64,000 nt of DNA from Dehalococcoidia bacterium (GCA_965225925.1 CBDDBY010000002.1:124863-188862), one strand, 5' to 3'. Shown: positions 9,646-20,329, numbered from the stretch's first letter. Numbers and translations: made by a program. Notes: generated by a model not told the origin, from the letters alone.

Positions 9646-10509
9646 TCAATTTAGTTTGAATTGGCTATCAGTGACCACTTTGGTTATCAGGGACGCCGGC
9701 ACCAGCTCGTAGCCCGCCTGTATGACGGGGTTGGCACTCATCTTGTAAGCCTCGCACACTGCGTATAGGGGGATCATGTGCCGGGCAGCGTGGGCTAAAC
9801 CAAGGGTAGGCCACCCATTGATGATGCCGCCATCAGGCAGTAGGGTATCGGCCCCCACCACAGCCATGTCCGCCTGTCTCACCGCCTCGGGAATAGCGGA
9901 ATCGGCCACCAGCATGGAGGTAATTCCCAGGTCAGAAAGTTCTTCCGCCAATCGCTCACCCAAAGCCAGGTCCCCAACCCTGGAGGCAAGGGCCGCCACT
10001 CTGAACCTCCTGCCCGAGGTGAAGGCGGCCTTGAAAGTAGCCACGACCGCCGAGCTATGGCTGCAGTTTAGTACCCTGGCTCCCTCTGAGATTAACACGG
10101 AGGCCTTTTGGGCAGCTTCCTTCGAGGCTGCCTCCATCTCGGCCAGCAGATCTCCCTCCAGGGCATAGACATCGAGATTATCTCCCAGTCGCTCCACCTC
10201 CTGGATAAAGCGCCAGGCCATATTCCCGATGGCGGCCATGGCAGGCTTGGACTCGGCCAGCCGCCGGCCCACGTCTTTCAGAAAGAGTGCGGTATTCTCA
10301 TCTGAAGATTGCACCCCGGCAGCAAGGGCCAGGGTACGGACACCTTGCCGTGCCAGATATGAAGCGCCATGCAACTGGTCGTTACGGATTTCCTCTATTC
10401 TCCGGGCGACTTCCCGGGCATCATCAGCCGTTCCCATGTCTCCCTCAACATCGGTACCGTGTCTAGGTTGGACATCTCTCGGAGGGGTGTATCCACCGGA
10501 ACTCGGCAT
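9646..10509 (-). CDS. eIF-2B alpha/beta/delta family protein (sugar-phosphate isomerase-like)
   Basis: VVGADTLLPDGGIINGWPTLGLAHAARHMIPLYAVCEAYKMS matches the IF-2B family core. Confidence 0.7.
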   Translation of the reverse strand: MPSSGGYTPPRDVQPRHGTDVEGDMGTADDAREVARRIEEIRNDQLHGASYLARQGVRTLALAAGVQSSDENTALFLKDVGRRLAESKPAMAAIGNMAWRFIQEVERLGDNLDVYALEGDLLAEMEAASKEAAQKASVLISEGARVLNCSHSSAVVATFKAAFTSGRRFRVAALASRVGDLALGERLAEELSDLGITSMLVADSAIPEAVRQADMAVVGADTLLPDGGIINGWPTLGLAHAARHMIPLYAVCEAYKMSANPVIQAGYELVPASLITKVVTDSQFKLN

Positions 10510-10697
10510 GCTCCCAGTCCAGCCGTATCAACAACGGATCAGCAACCCGGAAAAGGACCATCCCCATATGTTCCAGGAAAAGGGTCACCACGCTTCTGGT
10601 GGGCATCGCGGACCCACGGGCTGGCTCCGGTTCTTTCCTTGGAGCAGCTTTGCTCAGGGAGTCTTTCTGAGGGAAACGCGGAATTTATGACTCAGGG

Positions 10698-11072
10698 TTA
10701 TCGCCTGGTCCGGTAGACCTCCACGGCCGCCCCGGAAAGGATAGCCCCTTTGATGGGTGGGCGGGTCTTCTTCACCCGCACGTTGACAGCCTGGATTGGG
10801 AAGGCCGCCAGGGCTTTGACGGCGATCTCCTCCACCAGTGCCTCCAGGAGGTTTCTGGGTTCACCCTCAATAACCTCCTTCACCACCCGGTACAGATGGG
10901 TGTAGCTGACCGTGTCATCCCGGTTGTCGGACCTGCCTGCTGCGCCCAGGTCAAGTTCGGCCGTCAGGTCTACTTCAAAGGGCTGACCTACAGACCGTTC
11001 CTCGGGGCTGCCCCCGTGGTAGCCGTAGAACTGCATACCCTCCAGGATTATCCGATCGGAGCTTTCAACCAT
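10698..11072 (-). CDS. folB: Dihydroneopterin aldolase
   Basis: IILEGMQFYGYHGGSPEERSVGQPFEVDLTAELDL...DDTVSYTHLY is the FolB signature. Confidence 0.85.
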   Translation of the reverse strand: MVESSDRIILEGMQFYGYHGGSPEERSVGQPFEVDLTAELDLGAAGRSDNRDDTVSYTHLYRVVKEVIEGEPRNLLEALVEEIAVKALAAFPIQAVNVRVKKTRPPIKGAILSGAAVEVYRTRR

Positions 11073-11084
11073 CCTCGCCTCCGG

Positions 11085-11964
11085 CTACTTTCTCCGGGGT
11101 ACGGCTTCGGCCAGCGCCAGCAGATTCCGGGCACGCTTTACCACCGGCACGTCCACCATCCTGCCGTCCACCGAGGTAGACCCTCTGCCACCGGCCTCTG
11201 CCTGGTCCCAAGCCGCAACCACTTGCCTGGCGTACTCCACCTATTCGGGTTGGGGGCTGAACATGGAGTTGGCGATCTCCAACTGGGCCGGGTGGATGAG
11301 GAACTTGCCCTTGAAACCCAACCTTAGACCGGCCTCTATGTCCCGCCTCAGCCCATCCTCATCACGGTACTTCACGTAGGGGCTATCCACGGCCACCACC
11401 TCCGCCGCCCGGGCCGCCATGGCGACCATCGCCATGGGGAAGTACACCTCTTCGCCCGAATCGGTTCGCCGAACACCGAGCTCATCGGTGTAGTCTTCGG
11501 CGCCAAAGGCCACAGCCACCACTCTGTCCGAGGCGGTTGCGATGTCGTAGGCCCTCATTACTGCCCTGGAGTTCTCTATCCAGGGTATTAGCTTTAGCTT
11601 ACCCTGCTCCAGCCCTTCCTCCCTTTCCATCCAGGTGATTAACCTGTCGTACTCCTTTATCTCCCAGGCAGACTCCACCTTCTCTACGCTTATCCCGTAG
11701 AGATGTGAGCCTACCAGTGCCGAGAGATCATCCCGGCTAAGCCCGGTGTCCAGGGAGTTAATCCGGACCGCTGTCTTCTGCCCGTTCCCGGCGAGGGTGG
11801 GAGCCATCTCTTTTACTATCAATCTGGCGTTCAGCTTCTCGCCGGGGGGGAACTGAGTCCTCCAGGTCCGCCACGATAACGTCGGCATCGAAGCTCCTGG
11901 CCTTCTCCAGCATCTCCCGGCGATTCCAGGGGACGAATATCAGGCTCCTCAGAAGCTCCACCAA
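11085..11964 (-). pseudogene. HpcH/HpaI aldolase / citrate lyase beta (CitE)-like gene with one frameshift and one in-frame TAG
   Basis: The N-terminus (RSLIFVPWNRREMLEKA...DADVIVADLEDSVPP) is in one frame. The body (GEKLNARLIV...FKGKFLIHPAQLEIANSMFSPQPE) is in another, with the switch at a 7-nt G run at 11844-11850. TAG at 11241-11243 is followed in frame by VEYARQVVAAWDQAEAGGRGSTSVDGRMVDVPVVKRA, a typical CitE C-terminus. Confidence 0.75.
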
Positions 11965-12125
11965 GGCCCTCCCCGTGGCTGTAAATCAGGACTGGTCGTC
12001 CCGCCAAAGTATAGCACCCGTACAAGTTCACGCGAATAGTACCCAGGTAGGGGTTTCCACCAGCTCCCCCACGCCATTTCTAAGGTGGAGCCGCGGATAA
12101 AATTGCTGGAGCCATCGACCGGTGA

Positions 12126-12683
12126 GTGGTCTATAGGAAAGGCCCGGATTCGGATATAATGTCTGCAAAGACGTACAAGGACGGTGTCTTGGTAGACAAA
12201 GAGGAATTCAGAAAATGTATGTCGGGTTTCGCCACGGGTATAGCTGTGGTGACCAGCCTGGACGACGCGGGCCACGTTCACGGCATGAGCGCTAATTCCT
12301 TTACTTCGGTCTGTCTTGAACCACCCCTGGTGCTGGTTTGCGTGGCCCACAACACCAACACTTACGGGTATATTGAGAACCGGCGTTGCTTCGGGATCAA
12401 CGTGCTCAGCGCCCTTCAGGAGGCCATAGGCCGGTATTTCGCCAAGCCGCCGGCGGATAGGCACGGCGACGTGGGTTATGACTACTCTATAAGCCCCGAA
12501 TGCGGAGTGCCCGCCCTTGACGGTGTCCTGGCCTTCCTCGGCTGCCAGGTCGTCAGCTCGCACGTCTACGGAGACCACACCATCTACATCGGAGAGGTTA
12601 AGGAGATCCGGACCGGCGACCTTGGGTCTCCGTTACTTTTCTTCCAGAGCCTGTGGTACGCAGACACTGGCATGGCCACCTGA
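12126..12683 (+). CDS. Flavin reductase-like (FMN-binding split-barrel) protein
   Basis: FRKCMSGFATGIAVVTSLD...HGMSANSFTSVCLEPPLVLVCV is the flavin reductase domain pattern. Alternative ATG start at 12159. Confidence 0.8.
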   Translation: MVYRKGPDSDIMSAKTYKDGVLVDKEEFRKCMSGFATGIAVVTSLDDAGHVHGMSANSFTSVCLEPPLVLVCVAHNTNTYGYIENRRCFGINVLSALQEAIGRYFAKPPADRHGDVGYDYSISPECGVPALDGVLAFLGCQVVSSHVYGDHTIYIGEVKEIRTGDLGSPLLFFQSLWYADTGMAT

Positions 12684-12720
12684 GACCCCTTCAACCCACC
12701 CGACGCACGGGACGTTCCAG

Positions 12721-15210
12721 TTAAGCGTTCGGATCGGTCCCGTTGCCCGTCTCGTTAATCGAAGCCCAGGCGGACTTTTCCGGAACGCAGGCCATGGAGG
12801 CCACTTCGTCACCGCCGTCCGGCCTCCAGATGATAACTCCTCTGGAGTGCCTTCCTTGAACAGAGATCTCCTTGAGGCTGCTACGAACCACCTGGCATTG
12901 GGCCGATACTAGCACCACCTCGTCATCCTGGCCGTCCACCACCCTGGCGCCCGCCACCAAGCCGGTGGTGGAGCTGGTCCGGAAGCATCGCGTGCCTATC
13001 CCCCCCTTTGCCTGACGCCGGAACTTGGAAATTTGGACCAGCTTGCCAAAGCCCTGGGCGCTTACCACCAATATAGTATTCTGCGGTTGAACGACCTCCA
13101 TGCCCACCAAGCTATCGCCGGCGGCGAGGCGGATACCCCTCACACCCCCGGCGGCTCTGGACCTGACGGTGATCTCGCCGACTCCGAATCGGACGGCCTG
13201 GCCTTTGGCTGTTACCATCATCACGTCGTCCTCCGGATGCCCCAGCCTGACCGACACCAGCTCATCGCCGGGTTCCAGGTCCATGGCATTGAGGCCGGAA
13301 ACCCGCATGTTTACCAAGGCAGCCAGCCTTAGAGCCTTTATCTCGCCCATTAGGGTGCCCATGACGAGGACACCTCCGTTTTCCTGATCTGGCGCCGCCA
13401 CCACGGCGTTTATTCTCTCCTTTTCAGCCAGTCGCAACAGGTTTACGGCCTGGGTCCCTCGGGTGGTGCGGGATGTGTCCGCGGGAATCTCTAAGGACCG
13501 TAACTGGTACACACGGCCCCGGTTTGTGAAAAACAGGATCTTGTCGTGGGTATCAGCCACCAGCACGTCCTGGAGGGCATCGTCTTCCCGCGTTGTCATG
13601 CCCCTTACCCCCTTGCCTCCCCTGTGCTGTAGCCTGTAGGTGGCGCTAGGAATCCGCTTTATGTAGCCCCGTTGGCTGAGGGTGATCACGACATCCTGGT
13701 GAGGAGTCAGCTCCTCCAGGGAGTGCAACGTGGCCTCTTCGTCCCTAATCTCGGTCCGCCTCGGGTCTCCGAATCGCTTTTTCAACCCCTTGGCGTCCTC
13801 TCTGACCACGGCCGTCACCTTGGCAGGGTCCGCCAGCAGGGCCTCCAGGTCGCCGATGGCCTTGAGCAGGGCCCGAAATTCCTCTTCCAGCCTCTCCCGC
13901 TCCAGGGCCGCCAGACGCCTCAGCTGCATGTCCAGGATGGCCTGGGCCTGGACCTCGGTCAGGTTTAACCTTTCCACCAGGTTCGCCCTAGCGGTGTTGG
14001 CATCCTGGGACCCGCGGATGATTGCAATCACTTCATCCAAACGGCTCAAGGCCATCCTCAGCCCCTCGACGATATGGGCCCGGTCTCTGGCCACCTTCAG
14101 CCGGTGCTCCGAACGGCGGGTAATTACCACCTGGCGGTGCTCTATGTACAGCTGTAAGGCCCGCTTCAGGTTCAAGATCTGTGGCTGACCATCCACCAGG
14201 CCCAAAGTGATTACGTTGAACGTGGAACGGAGAGGGGTATGCCAGTACAGGTTGTTCAGCACATTTTCCGCGTTGGCTTCCCGCTTCAGCTCTACCACCA
14301 CCCTCAACCCATGGCGGTCAGATTCGTCTCGTATGTCGGAGATCCCCTCGATCTTTTTGTCCCTGGCTAGATGGGCGATCTTCTCCACCAGGCTAGCCTT
14401 GTTGACCTGGAAGGGCAGCTCGGTAATCGCTATCTGTTGCCGCATTCCCTTGACCTCTTCCACCTCGGCCCTTGCCTGCATGACCACTCTGCCACGGCCC
14501 GTTCTGTAGGCGTCCGCTAGACCGGTTCGACCGTGGATGATGGCCCCGGTGGGGAAGTCCGGCCCTGGAACTTTCTTCATCAGGTCTTCCACCAGGGCGT
14601 CGGGATTGTCGATGAGAAAACACACGGCGTCGCAAAGCTCGCCCAGGTTGTGGGGAGGTATATTCGTAGCCATGCCCACGGCAATGCCCGAGGCCCCGTT
14701 GAGAAGCATGTTTGGCAAAAGAGCTGGGAGCACTGTGGGCTCCTGTAAGGAGCCGTCGAAGTTGTCGGCCATGTCCACGGTGTTCAACTCGATGTCCGCC
14801 AGCAACTCCTCGGCGATGGAGGTCAGCCGTGCCTCGGTGTAGCGCATAGCCGCCGGAGGATCATTGTCAATGCTGCCGAAGTTCCCCTGGCCGTCTACCA
14901 GTGTGTAACGCATGGAGAAGTCCTGGGCCATCCGGACCAGCGCCTCGTAAACGGGAGAGTCGCCGTGGGGGTGGAACTTACCCAACACCTCGCCCACAAT
15001 ACGCGCGCTCTTTTTGTACGGGTTGGTAGACTTCAACCCCAGCTCGTGCATAGCATAGAGAATTCTCCGCTGCACCGGCTTCAGACCGTCCCGCACATCG
15101 GGTAGGGCCCTGGAGACGATGACGCTCATGGCATAGCTCAGGTACGAGCTACGCATCTCATCCTCTATACCTATCGGTTGTATGTTCTCAGTGGACGTGG
15201 TTGTGGTCAT
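12721..15210 (-). CDS. gyrA: DNA gyrase subunit A
   Basis: 829 aa. Contains [34 protein letters not shown] and [10 protein letters not shown] (active-site Tyr region), plus C-terminal beta-pinwheel repeats. Confidence 0.97.
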   Translation of the reverse strand: MTTTTSTENIQPIGIEDEMRSSYLSYAMSVIVSRALPDVRDGLKPVQRRILYAMHELGLKSTNPYKKSARIVGEVLGKFHPHGDSPVYEALVRMAQDFSMRYTLVDGQGNFGSIDNDPPAAMRYTEARLTSIAEELLADIELNTVDMADNFDGSLQEPTVLPALLPNMLLNGASGIAVGMATNIPPHNLGELCDAVCFLIDNPDALVEDLMKKVPGPDFPTGAIIHGRTGLADAYRTGRGRVVMQARAEVEEVKGMRQQIAITELPFQVNKASLVEKIAHLARDKKIEGISDIRDESDRHGLRVVVELKREANAENVLNNLYWHTPLRSTFNVITLGLVDGQPQILNLKRALQLYIEHRQVVITRRSEHRLKVARDRAHIVEGLRMALSRLDEVIAIIRGSQDANTARANLVERLNLTEVQAQAILDMQLRRLAALERERLEEEFRALLKAIGDLEALLADPAKVTAVVREDAKGLKKRFGDPRRTEIRDEEATLHSLEELTPHQDVVITLSQRGYIKRIPSATYRLQHRGGKGVRGMTTREDDALQDVLVADTHDKILFFTNRGRVYQLRSLEIPADTSRTTRGTQAVNLLRLAEKERINAVVAAPDQENGGVLVMGTLMGEIKALRLAALVNMRVSGLNAMDLEPGDELVSVRLGHPEDDVMMVTAKGQAVRFGVGEITVRSRAAGGVRGIRLAAGDSLVGMEVVQPQNTILVVSAQGFGKLVQISKFRRQAKGGIGTRCFRTSSTTGLVAGARVVDGQDDEVVLVSAQCQVVRSSLKEISVQGRHSRGVIIWRPDGGDEVASMACVPEKSAWASINETGNGTDPNA

Positions 15211-15231
15211 ATTCAGCTCCTTGAAAATCCG

Positions 15232-15939
15232 TTAGCTGTCCGCTGCCTCCCATTTATATCCCTCCGCCCGCTCCACGAAGGCCCGGAACAGATTCTTGAA
15301 AACCGTTGGCACCTCGTCTTGCCGCTCGGGGCGGAACTGGACGCCCACCACCCAGCTGTACTTCGGGCTTTCCAGGCCCTCGATGACGGCGTCCTCCAGG
15401 GAATAGGCGGAGGCCAGCAGCCTGGGCGACTTCTGGGCTTCCCGTAACCCCTGGTGGTGGAGACTGTTGACACGGAAGAAACCTCCGGTGCCCAGCATAG
15501 CGGCCAGCTTGCTTCCCGGAGATAAATAGATGGGGTGGTTCACCGGCGCCCAACGTCCTCCCCCTGAATCCTCTCTGTGACCCGGGATGTCCTGGACCAG
15601 CTTGCCCCCGAAGGCCACGTTGAGAAGCTGCATCCCCCGGCAGATGGCCAGCACCGGCATATCCCGCTCCAGGGCACGCCTCAGCAAACCCATCTCCATA
15701 ATGTCCAGCGCCCTGGAAACCTGGAGCCCGGCCACGGGGTCCGGCGATTCCCCATATTCCCCTGGGTCTATGTCTGGTCCATCTGTGAGAAGCAGGCCAC
15801 CCACCCCCTCCAGAGATTCCTCCAACGGCCGCCCCGAATCCCGGGGAAGGACCAACCGGCTTCCGATGTTGCCGCCCAACGCCTTGATATACTTGCTTGC
15901 ATTCCTCTTATTCTTAGAAGTTACTGCGACTACAGCCAT
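15232..15939 (-). CDS. Class I glutamine amidotransferase, gamma-glutamyl-GABA hydrolase (PuuD/peptidase C26)-like
   Basis: PVLAICRGMQLLNVAFGG (nucleophile Cys) and NSLHHQ motifs. ATG at 15939 (MAVVAVTSK). Only 21 nt upstream of gyrA. Confidence 0.8.
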   Translation of the reverse strand: MAVVAVTSKNKRNASKYIKALGGNIGSRLVLPRDSGRPLEESLEGVGGLLLTDGPDIDPGEYGESPDPVAGLQVSRALDIMEMGLLRRALERDMPVLAICRGMQLLNVAFGGKLVQDIPGHREDSGGGRWAPVNHPIYLSPGSKLAAMLGTGGFFRVNSLHHQGLREAQKSPRLLASAYSLEDAVIEGLESPKYSWVVGVQFRPERQDEVPTVFKNLFRAFVERAEGYKWEAADS

Positions 15940-16116
15940 CTTAGTATATTTTACCTTATGTAGCTTAAATTCCCAAGGTGCCAGAAGAACTTTACGGTCT
16001 TTTTGCGATATTATCCCTTTCTGACCCCTCTTTACCATCCTACTGCCAACCTGGTATCCTGTTATTAGATTCAATATCCCTATAAAGGCCGCTCCGGGTA
16101 GTCGAATGGAGGGACA

Positions 16117-18426
16117 ATGCATTTGGGAAATAACCCAGGACCCAGCCCAAATCTGGGGAAAACCCAATCTATCCTCGCCGGGCCCCCAGTAAACCCGGCC
16201 TTCGCCAAAGCTCTGGATGAGTTGGTTGCCGTTGCCAAACGGGGGCAAACCCCTGACAAACTCCTCTTTAACCCTTCCGATGAGTGGCTGGTCGGCCGGA
16301 TGCCCACCTTCCAGGACCTGCCCCAGGGGGAACGCGACCGGCTCCTCAAGGAAGCGAGTGAGTTGGACGCGGAGGCCCAGAAAATAAATGCAGCAGGCAA
16401 GGCGGCGGCCCGGGCATGGCCGGAGGTGGTGGTACGGCTGGATAATGGAGGGCTGGCCTTCTTCAGCCAGTTGGGAGTTGTCCGCCGGCCCGACCTTACT
16501 CAGTATTTCATTGATGGCTTCAGCAAAAACCGCGATGCCCTGGCCTTCAGCAATGCTAACCAGACCCTGTTCGCCGAGGTCTTCAGCCACGTCACCAGCT
16601 ACATGGAACAGAGCTTCAAATCGGGGGACTCCATAATTCAAATCGACCGGCAGATCGGCGACGCCCGCGTAAGGTCCTTCCACGCCCGCCAGCTATTGTT
16701 CGGTATCCGCTATCTCCAGGTCCCCTATATGTGGAGGCAGCTCACCTTCGATCTGCCGGAGGCCGAGCTGACCCAACCACCTCATATTCTGGAGGTGTCC
16801 ATCCCTAGTTGGCTCGAGGACCTGGGCTTATCCGAAGACCTGAAAGCGCGGGTCAAAGAAGCCGGCCTCACCCAGTTGGTATTCAAAGCTCCCACCAAAG
16901 GCCTGTCCCTTCACCTCGGATTTGACTACGTGGGGGAACACAAAATGGGCCCCCTTTCCATCGGGATGTTCCTGGTCAAACAGGCAAAGGGGCTTGCCAT
17001 ACAGGCGGCCTTGAGCATGGCACGGGTGAGGACTCTGGACGGCAACATGACCAACACGGCGCTGGTGACCGTCGGCCCTTCGCTGCACGGTAAGAGCACC
17101 TTGACCATAATGGTTGAGCTGGGCGGCGGTGAGCTCATCAATCTTCTGGGCCTAACCCAGGACCCCGAGGAAGGCGTCTACCCCATGAACGACGACATCG
17201 TGCTCCTGCAACATCTCGGAGAGGCCAGGGAAGCCATACGGGGTGGAAAACGCATCACAGTCTCCCACGGAATAGACGGGACCGAGAACAATTTCTATGC
17301 AGTGCCCTTCGGGTTAAACCGGGAGGAAGACCCGATCACCTACGATGTTGTCCGGGGCACTGATGATGCCCCCAACCCTCAGGAGACTCTGGAAAATGTG
17401 CCGGTCAACATAGACGACAGCACTCCCAACTATCTCCAGAATCCGGTGCGCAACATGCGCATGATACTCTCCCGACAGCGCCTGCTTGCCCGGAAAGGCG
17501 CGGAGCATCTGCTGGACAAGATGACCGACGGCCTTGTGAGTGATGCGGTCCATATACCCATGGAGTACACCGACCGAGTCCTGTGGCAGGCGGTGATGCG
17601 GCAAAACACGGTTATCCCTCCTTTGAGACGTCTCACCCTCGAACAATACATCCGGGTGCTGATGTACGGTGAGGCCGTTCAGATGGGCGCTGCGGCCGGC
17701 GCCATAGGAAGGCCCTACGTGGAGTACTTCTCCGACCCATTCATAATTGGGCTGGAGGACGAGAACGCCAACCTGCTGTACGAAATATTGAAGCAGATGG
17801 CAGAAGGCGGGATGCCCCAGAGGTATTATGTGTTCAATACGGGCGGGATCGGGGCGGACAGCAACGACGAAGCCAGCGGCCCAAAATATAAGAGGATCCC
17901 CAAGGAACTGACGCTGATGTTGCAGGAAGCCCTGCTCAGGGAAGCCGTCAAGTTTGAGTACGATGAAGCCCTGGGCTCGGATTTGGTGGCCGCCATTGTC
18001 AACTCAAAGGGAGAAGAGGTACTCGACCTTAGAAAGGACTGGCTGCCCCGGGAAGTCTACGGCGATGCAAACTACAGGACCCGGGTGTTGGAGTTGACAC
18101 GCCGCCGGTATTACGGGCGGGACTCCCAGGACAAGGCCGGGATCCTGCGCTACACCAAGGTCAACAATGCCATCATCGACTTGACTGGGATCCCAACGCC
18201 AGCCAACGAGCGCGAGCTGGCATGGTTGCTCTCCTTTTACTGGCATGTGGACCAGGCCTATGACTCCATTCGAGAGCTCGTACAACACCGCGGCGAAGGA
18301 GGGCCTCCGGCGCCGCAGCTTCTAAAATCCCTCTACCAGTCCTGCCAGACCGGACTGGAGCAGGGCATCCAACTGCGGCCGGAAAGCCGGGATGCCCTAA
18401 GCGAACTGGGGATCCGGGGCGGGTGA
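16117..18426 (+). CDS. Divergent ATP-dependent phosphoenolpyruvate carboxykinase-fold protein with long N-terminal extension
   Basis: The order of PEPCK(ATP) landmarks is conserved but the sequences are divergent: P-loop VGPSLHGKSTL, NDDIVLL, GTENNFYAV, TVIPPLRRLTLEQ, YFSDPF, YVFNTGGIG. GGAGGG RBS before the ATG at 16117. Confidence 0.5.
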   Translation: MHLGNNPGPSPNLGKTQSILAGPPVNPAFAKALDELVAVAKRGQTPDKLLFNPSDEWLVGRMPTFQDLPQGERDRLLKEASELDAEAQKINAAGKAAARAWPEVVVRLDNGGLAFFSQLGVVRRPDLTQYFIDGFSKNRDALAFSNANQTLFAEVFSHVTSYMEQSFKSGDSIIQIDRQIGDARVRSFHARQLLFGIRYLQVPYMWRQLTFDLPEAELTQPPHILEVSIPSWLEDLGLSEDLKARVKEAGLTQLVFKAPTKGLSLHLGFDYVGEHKMGPLSIGMFLVKQAKGLAIQAALSMARVRTLDGNMTNTALVTVGPSLHGKSTLTIMVELGGGELINLLGLTQDPEEGVYPMNDDIVLLQHLGEAREAIRGGKRITVSHGIDGTENNFYAVPFGLNREEDPITYDVVRGTDDAPNPQETLENVPVNIDDSTPNYLQNPVRNMRMILSRQRLLARKGAEHLLDKMTDGLVSDAVHIPMEYTDRVLWQAVMRQNTVIPPLRRLTLEQYIRVLMYGEAVQMGAAAGAIGRPYVEYFSDPFIIGLEDENANLLYEILKQMAEGGMPQRYYVFNTGGIGADSNDEASGPKYKRIPKELTLMLQEALLREAVKFEYDEALGSDLVAAIVNSKGEEVLDLRKDWLPREVYGDANYRTRVLELTRRRYYGRDSQDKAGILRYTKVNNAIIDLTGIPTPANERELAWLLSFYWHVDQAYDSIRELVQHRGEGGPPAPQLLKSLYQSCQTGLEQGIQLRPESRDALSELGIRGG

Positions 18427-18516
18427 TGAGCGGGTACCATTAAATGAAAATTCCCTCTTGGGCGAAACTCCTGAAGGCCGGATTGAAGAAGAGTTAATGG
18501 GAAGGAGAGTTTAACA

Positions 18517-19320
18517 TTGGCGGACCATAGCCCCTCTCTTATAGAAGCTTTAAGCCAGTATCTAGCAACACTCAAGGTGAAGAATCAAAGGGACGGGCGT
18601 CAGGAGCTTAATCGCTTTGTGCAATGGTGCGGCCGGGAAAGGAATGTGGATCAGCTGACTCCTCCCGAGGTAGGGGGATACGCCGAATCGGCGGGGATGT
18701 GGGGGGCCGACTCTGCGAAAAAACTTAAGCCGGTCAAAGCCTTCCTCAGTTACCTTAAAGAAGAGGATATGACCGAGGTCAGCCTGGCCCCTCATCTCAG
18801 GCCCTCCAGGCCGAGTAAAAGCACCGGCAGAGTCTATTTCAAGGCGGCCGTTGAGCAGGCCCAGCTTACGCCCGAGGGCCACGCAAATCTCCAGTCCCGC
18901 CTGGAACTTCTCAAAGTAGAGCGAACCAATATTATCTCCGATATACAACGGGCCATGGCCGACAAAGACTTTAAGGAGAACTCCCCGTTGGATGCGGCCA
19001 AAGAGCGCCAAGGGTTCATCGAGTCCAGCGTCAGGGACCTGGAGCGGATTCTGTCCAATGCCATCGTATCCTCACCTCTGAAATTCGGCAGGGTAACCAA
19101 AGTAAAGGTCGGCGCAAAGGTTACGCTGAAAGATGTGAACAGCGGTAAAGAGATCCGTTACACTTTGGTCGACTCCAGGGAGGCGGACCCAGGAACAGGG
19201 AGGATCTCCGGCGTCTCACCGGTTGGCAAGGCTTTGCTGAACAAGGAGACTGGTGACGAGGTCGTAATATCCATACCCAGGGGAACCCTTCACTATGTCG
19301 TAAAAAAGGTCGAAGGCTAG
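18517..19320 (+). CDS. GreA/GreB-family transcript cleavage factor with extra N-terminal integrase-SAM-like (core-binding-type) domain
   Basis: Residues ~115-267 form a GreA coiled coil (DKDFKENSPLDAAKERQ) and C-terminal domain (VKVGAKVTLKD...YTLVDSREADPGTGRISGVSPVGKALL). Residues 1-110 resemble tyrosine-recombinase core-binding domains. TTG start with AAGGAGAG RBS. Confidence 0.7.
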   Translation: MADHSPSLIEALSQYLATLKVKNQRDGRQELNRFVQWCGRERNVDQLTPPEVGGYAESAGMWGADSAKKLKPVKAFLSYLKEEDMTEVSLAPHLRPSRPSKSTGRVYFKAAVEQAQLTPEGHANLQSRLELLKVERTNIISDIQRAMADKDFKENSPLDAAKERQGFIESSVRDLERILSNAIVSSPLKFGRVTKVKVGAKVTLKDVNSGKEIRYTLVDSREADPGTGRISGVSPVGKALLNKETGDEVVISIPRGTLHYVVKKVEG

Positions 19321-19330
19321 CATGACGTCC

Positions 19331-20329
19331 TCAGCCAAGGGCATAGACGACGTAAAGACCTCCTAGATATACCAGACCCGTCAATACCAATGTGGGAACC
19401 ACCGGTATATAGCGGTTCCCACCCCGCGCTATTATCAAGTACAAACCGATACCCATAAGAGAGACGGCAAATAGGCCCGTAGCGATGTGGGCGGACCCCA
19501 GGTTCTCCACCAGGACCCCCCCCCGGTAAAAGGGGTCGGCCAGGGCCAGTATCAGGATATTAAACGCGCAGCTCCCGTACAGGTTCCCCACGGCCAGGTC
19601 CACAGCGCCGAACCGTACTGCGGCAGCTGTGGCGGAGATCTCGGGCATGGAAGTCACCAGTGCCATCGCCACCACCCCGAGAAAGCTGGTGGCCAGACCA
19701 GTGGACTCGGCGATCTCCTCCACACTAAATGCCAGGACCGGAGCGGCCAGCGCCACTCCCAAGGCTGCAAGACCGAAATATACCCAGGTCCTTCCCAGGC
19801 CAGGGCTATGACCAGAGGTTCCTTCCGTGGCCTCGCCGGCGGCGAAGGTCGGGCGAGTCAGGTACACCAAGCGCATCCCCCCAAGGTACGCTGCCAGGAC
19901 CAGGACTGACGCCAGCCCCACGGCCAGGAAGGATACACCCATGTGGAATGCGCCCAGAAGCACCGCCAGGCCGGTAAGGCCCATGGCTGTTGTTATCAGG
20001 AACTTATGTTGAGGGGCAACCCGCTGGAAGAATCGGCCCCCGCCGAAGACCAACGCCACCATCGCGAGGATGAACATATTGAACATGTTAGAACCGAGGA
20101 GGTCTCCGCCTGCCAGCTCGGGTTGGTTCCGGCTGACTGCGGTAACATTCGCAACCAGCTCGGGCAGTGAGGTGGCAACAGCCACTAGAATGGTCCCAAC
20201 CCAAAGACGTCCCCAGCCCATCAATGCAGCCAGGACATCACCGTACTTAGCTAAAAAGAACCCGCAGAAGATGATGACGATAGCACTGCCGGCAAAGAGA
20301 AGCAACGCCTGTATCAGTTCAGAATCCAA
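19331..20329 (-). CDS. Ca2+/cation antiporter (CaCA, YrbG-like) family membrane protein
   Basis: Two alpha-repeat signatures, GDLLGSNMFNMFILA and GNLYGSCAFNILILA. About 10 TM helices. Confidence 0.8.
   Translation of the reverse strand: MDSELIQALLLFAGSAIVIIFCGFFLAKYGDVLAALMGWGRLWVGTILVAVATSLPELVANVTAVSRNQPELAGGDLLGSNMFNMFILAMVALVFGGGRFFQRVAPQHKFLITTAMGLTGLAVLLGAFHMGVSFLAVGLASVLVLAAYLGGMRLVYLTRPTFAAGEATEGTSGHSPGLGRTWVYFGLAALGVALAAPVLAFSVEEIAESTGLATSFLGVVAMALVTSMPEISATAAAVRFGAVDLAVGNLYGSCAFNILILALADPFYRGGVLVENLGSAHIATGLFAVSLMGIGLYLIIARGGNRYIPVVPTLVLTGLVYLGGLYVVYALG

Noticed and set aside
15940-16683. N-terminal 248-codon extension of the amidotransferase ORF (15232-16683)
   Set aside because: The extension overlaps the RBS-preceded start of the divergent PEPCK-like gene and has no GATase homology. 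The conserved domain begins at the ATG at 15939.
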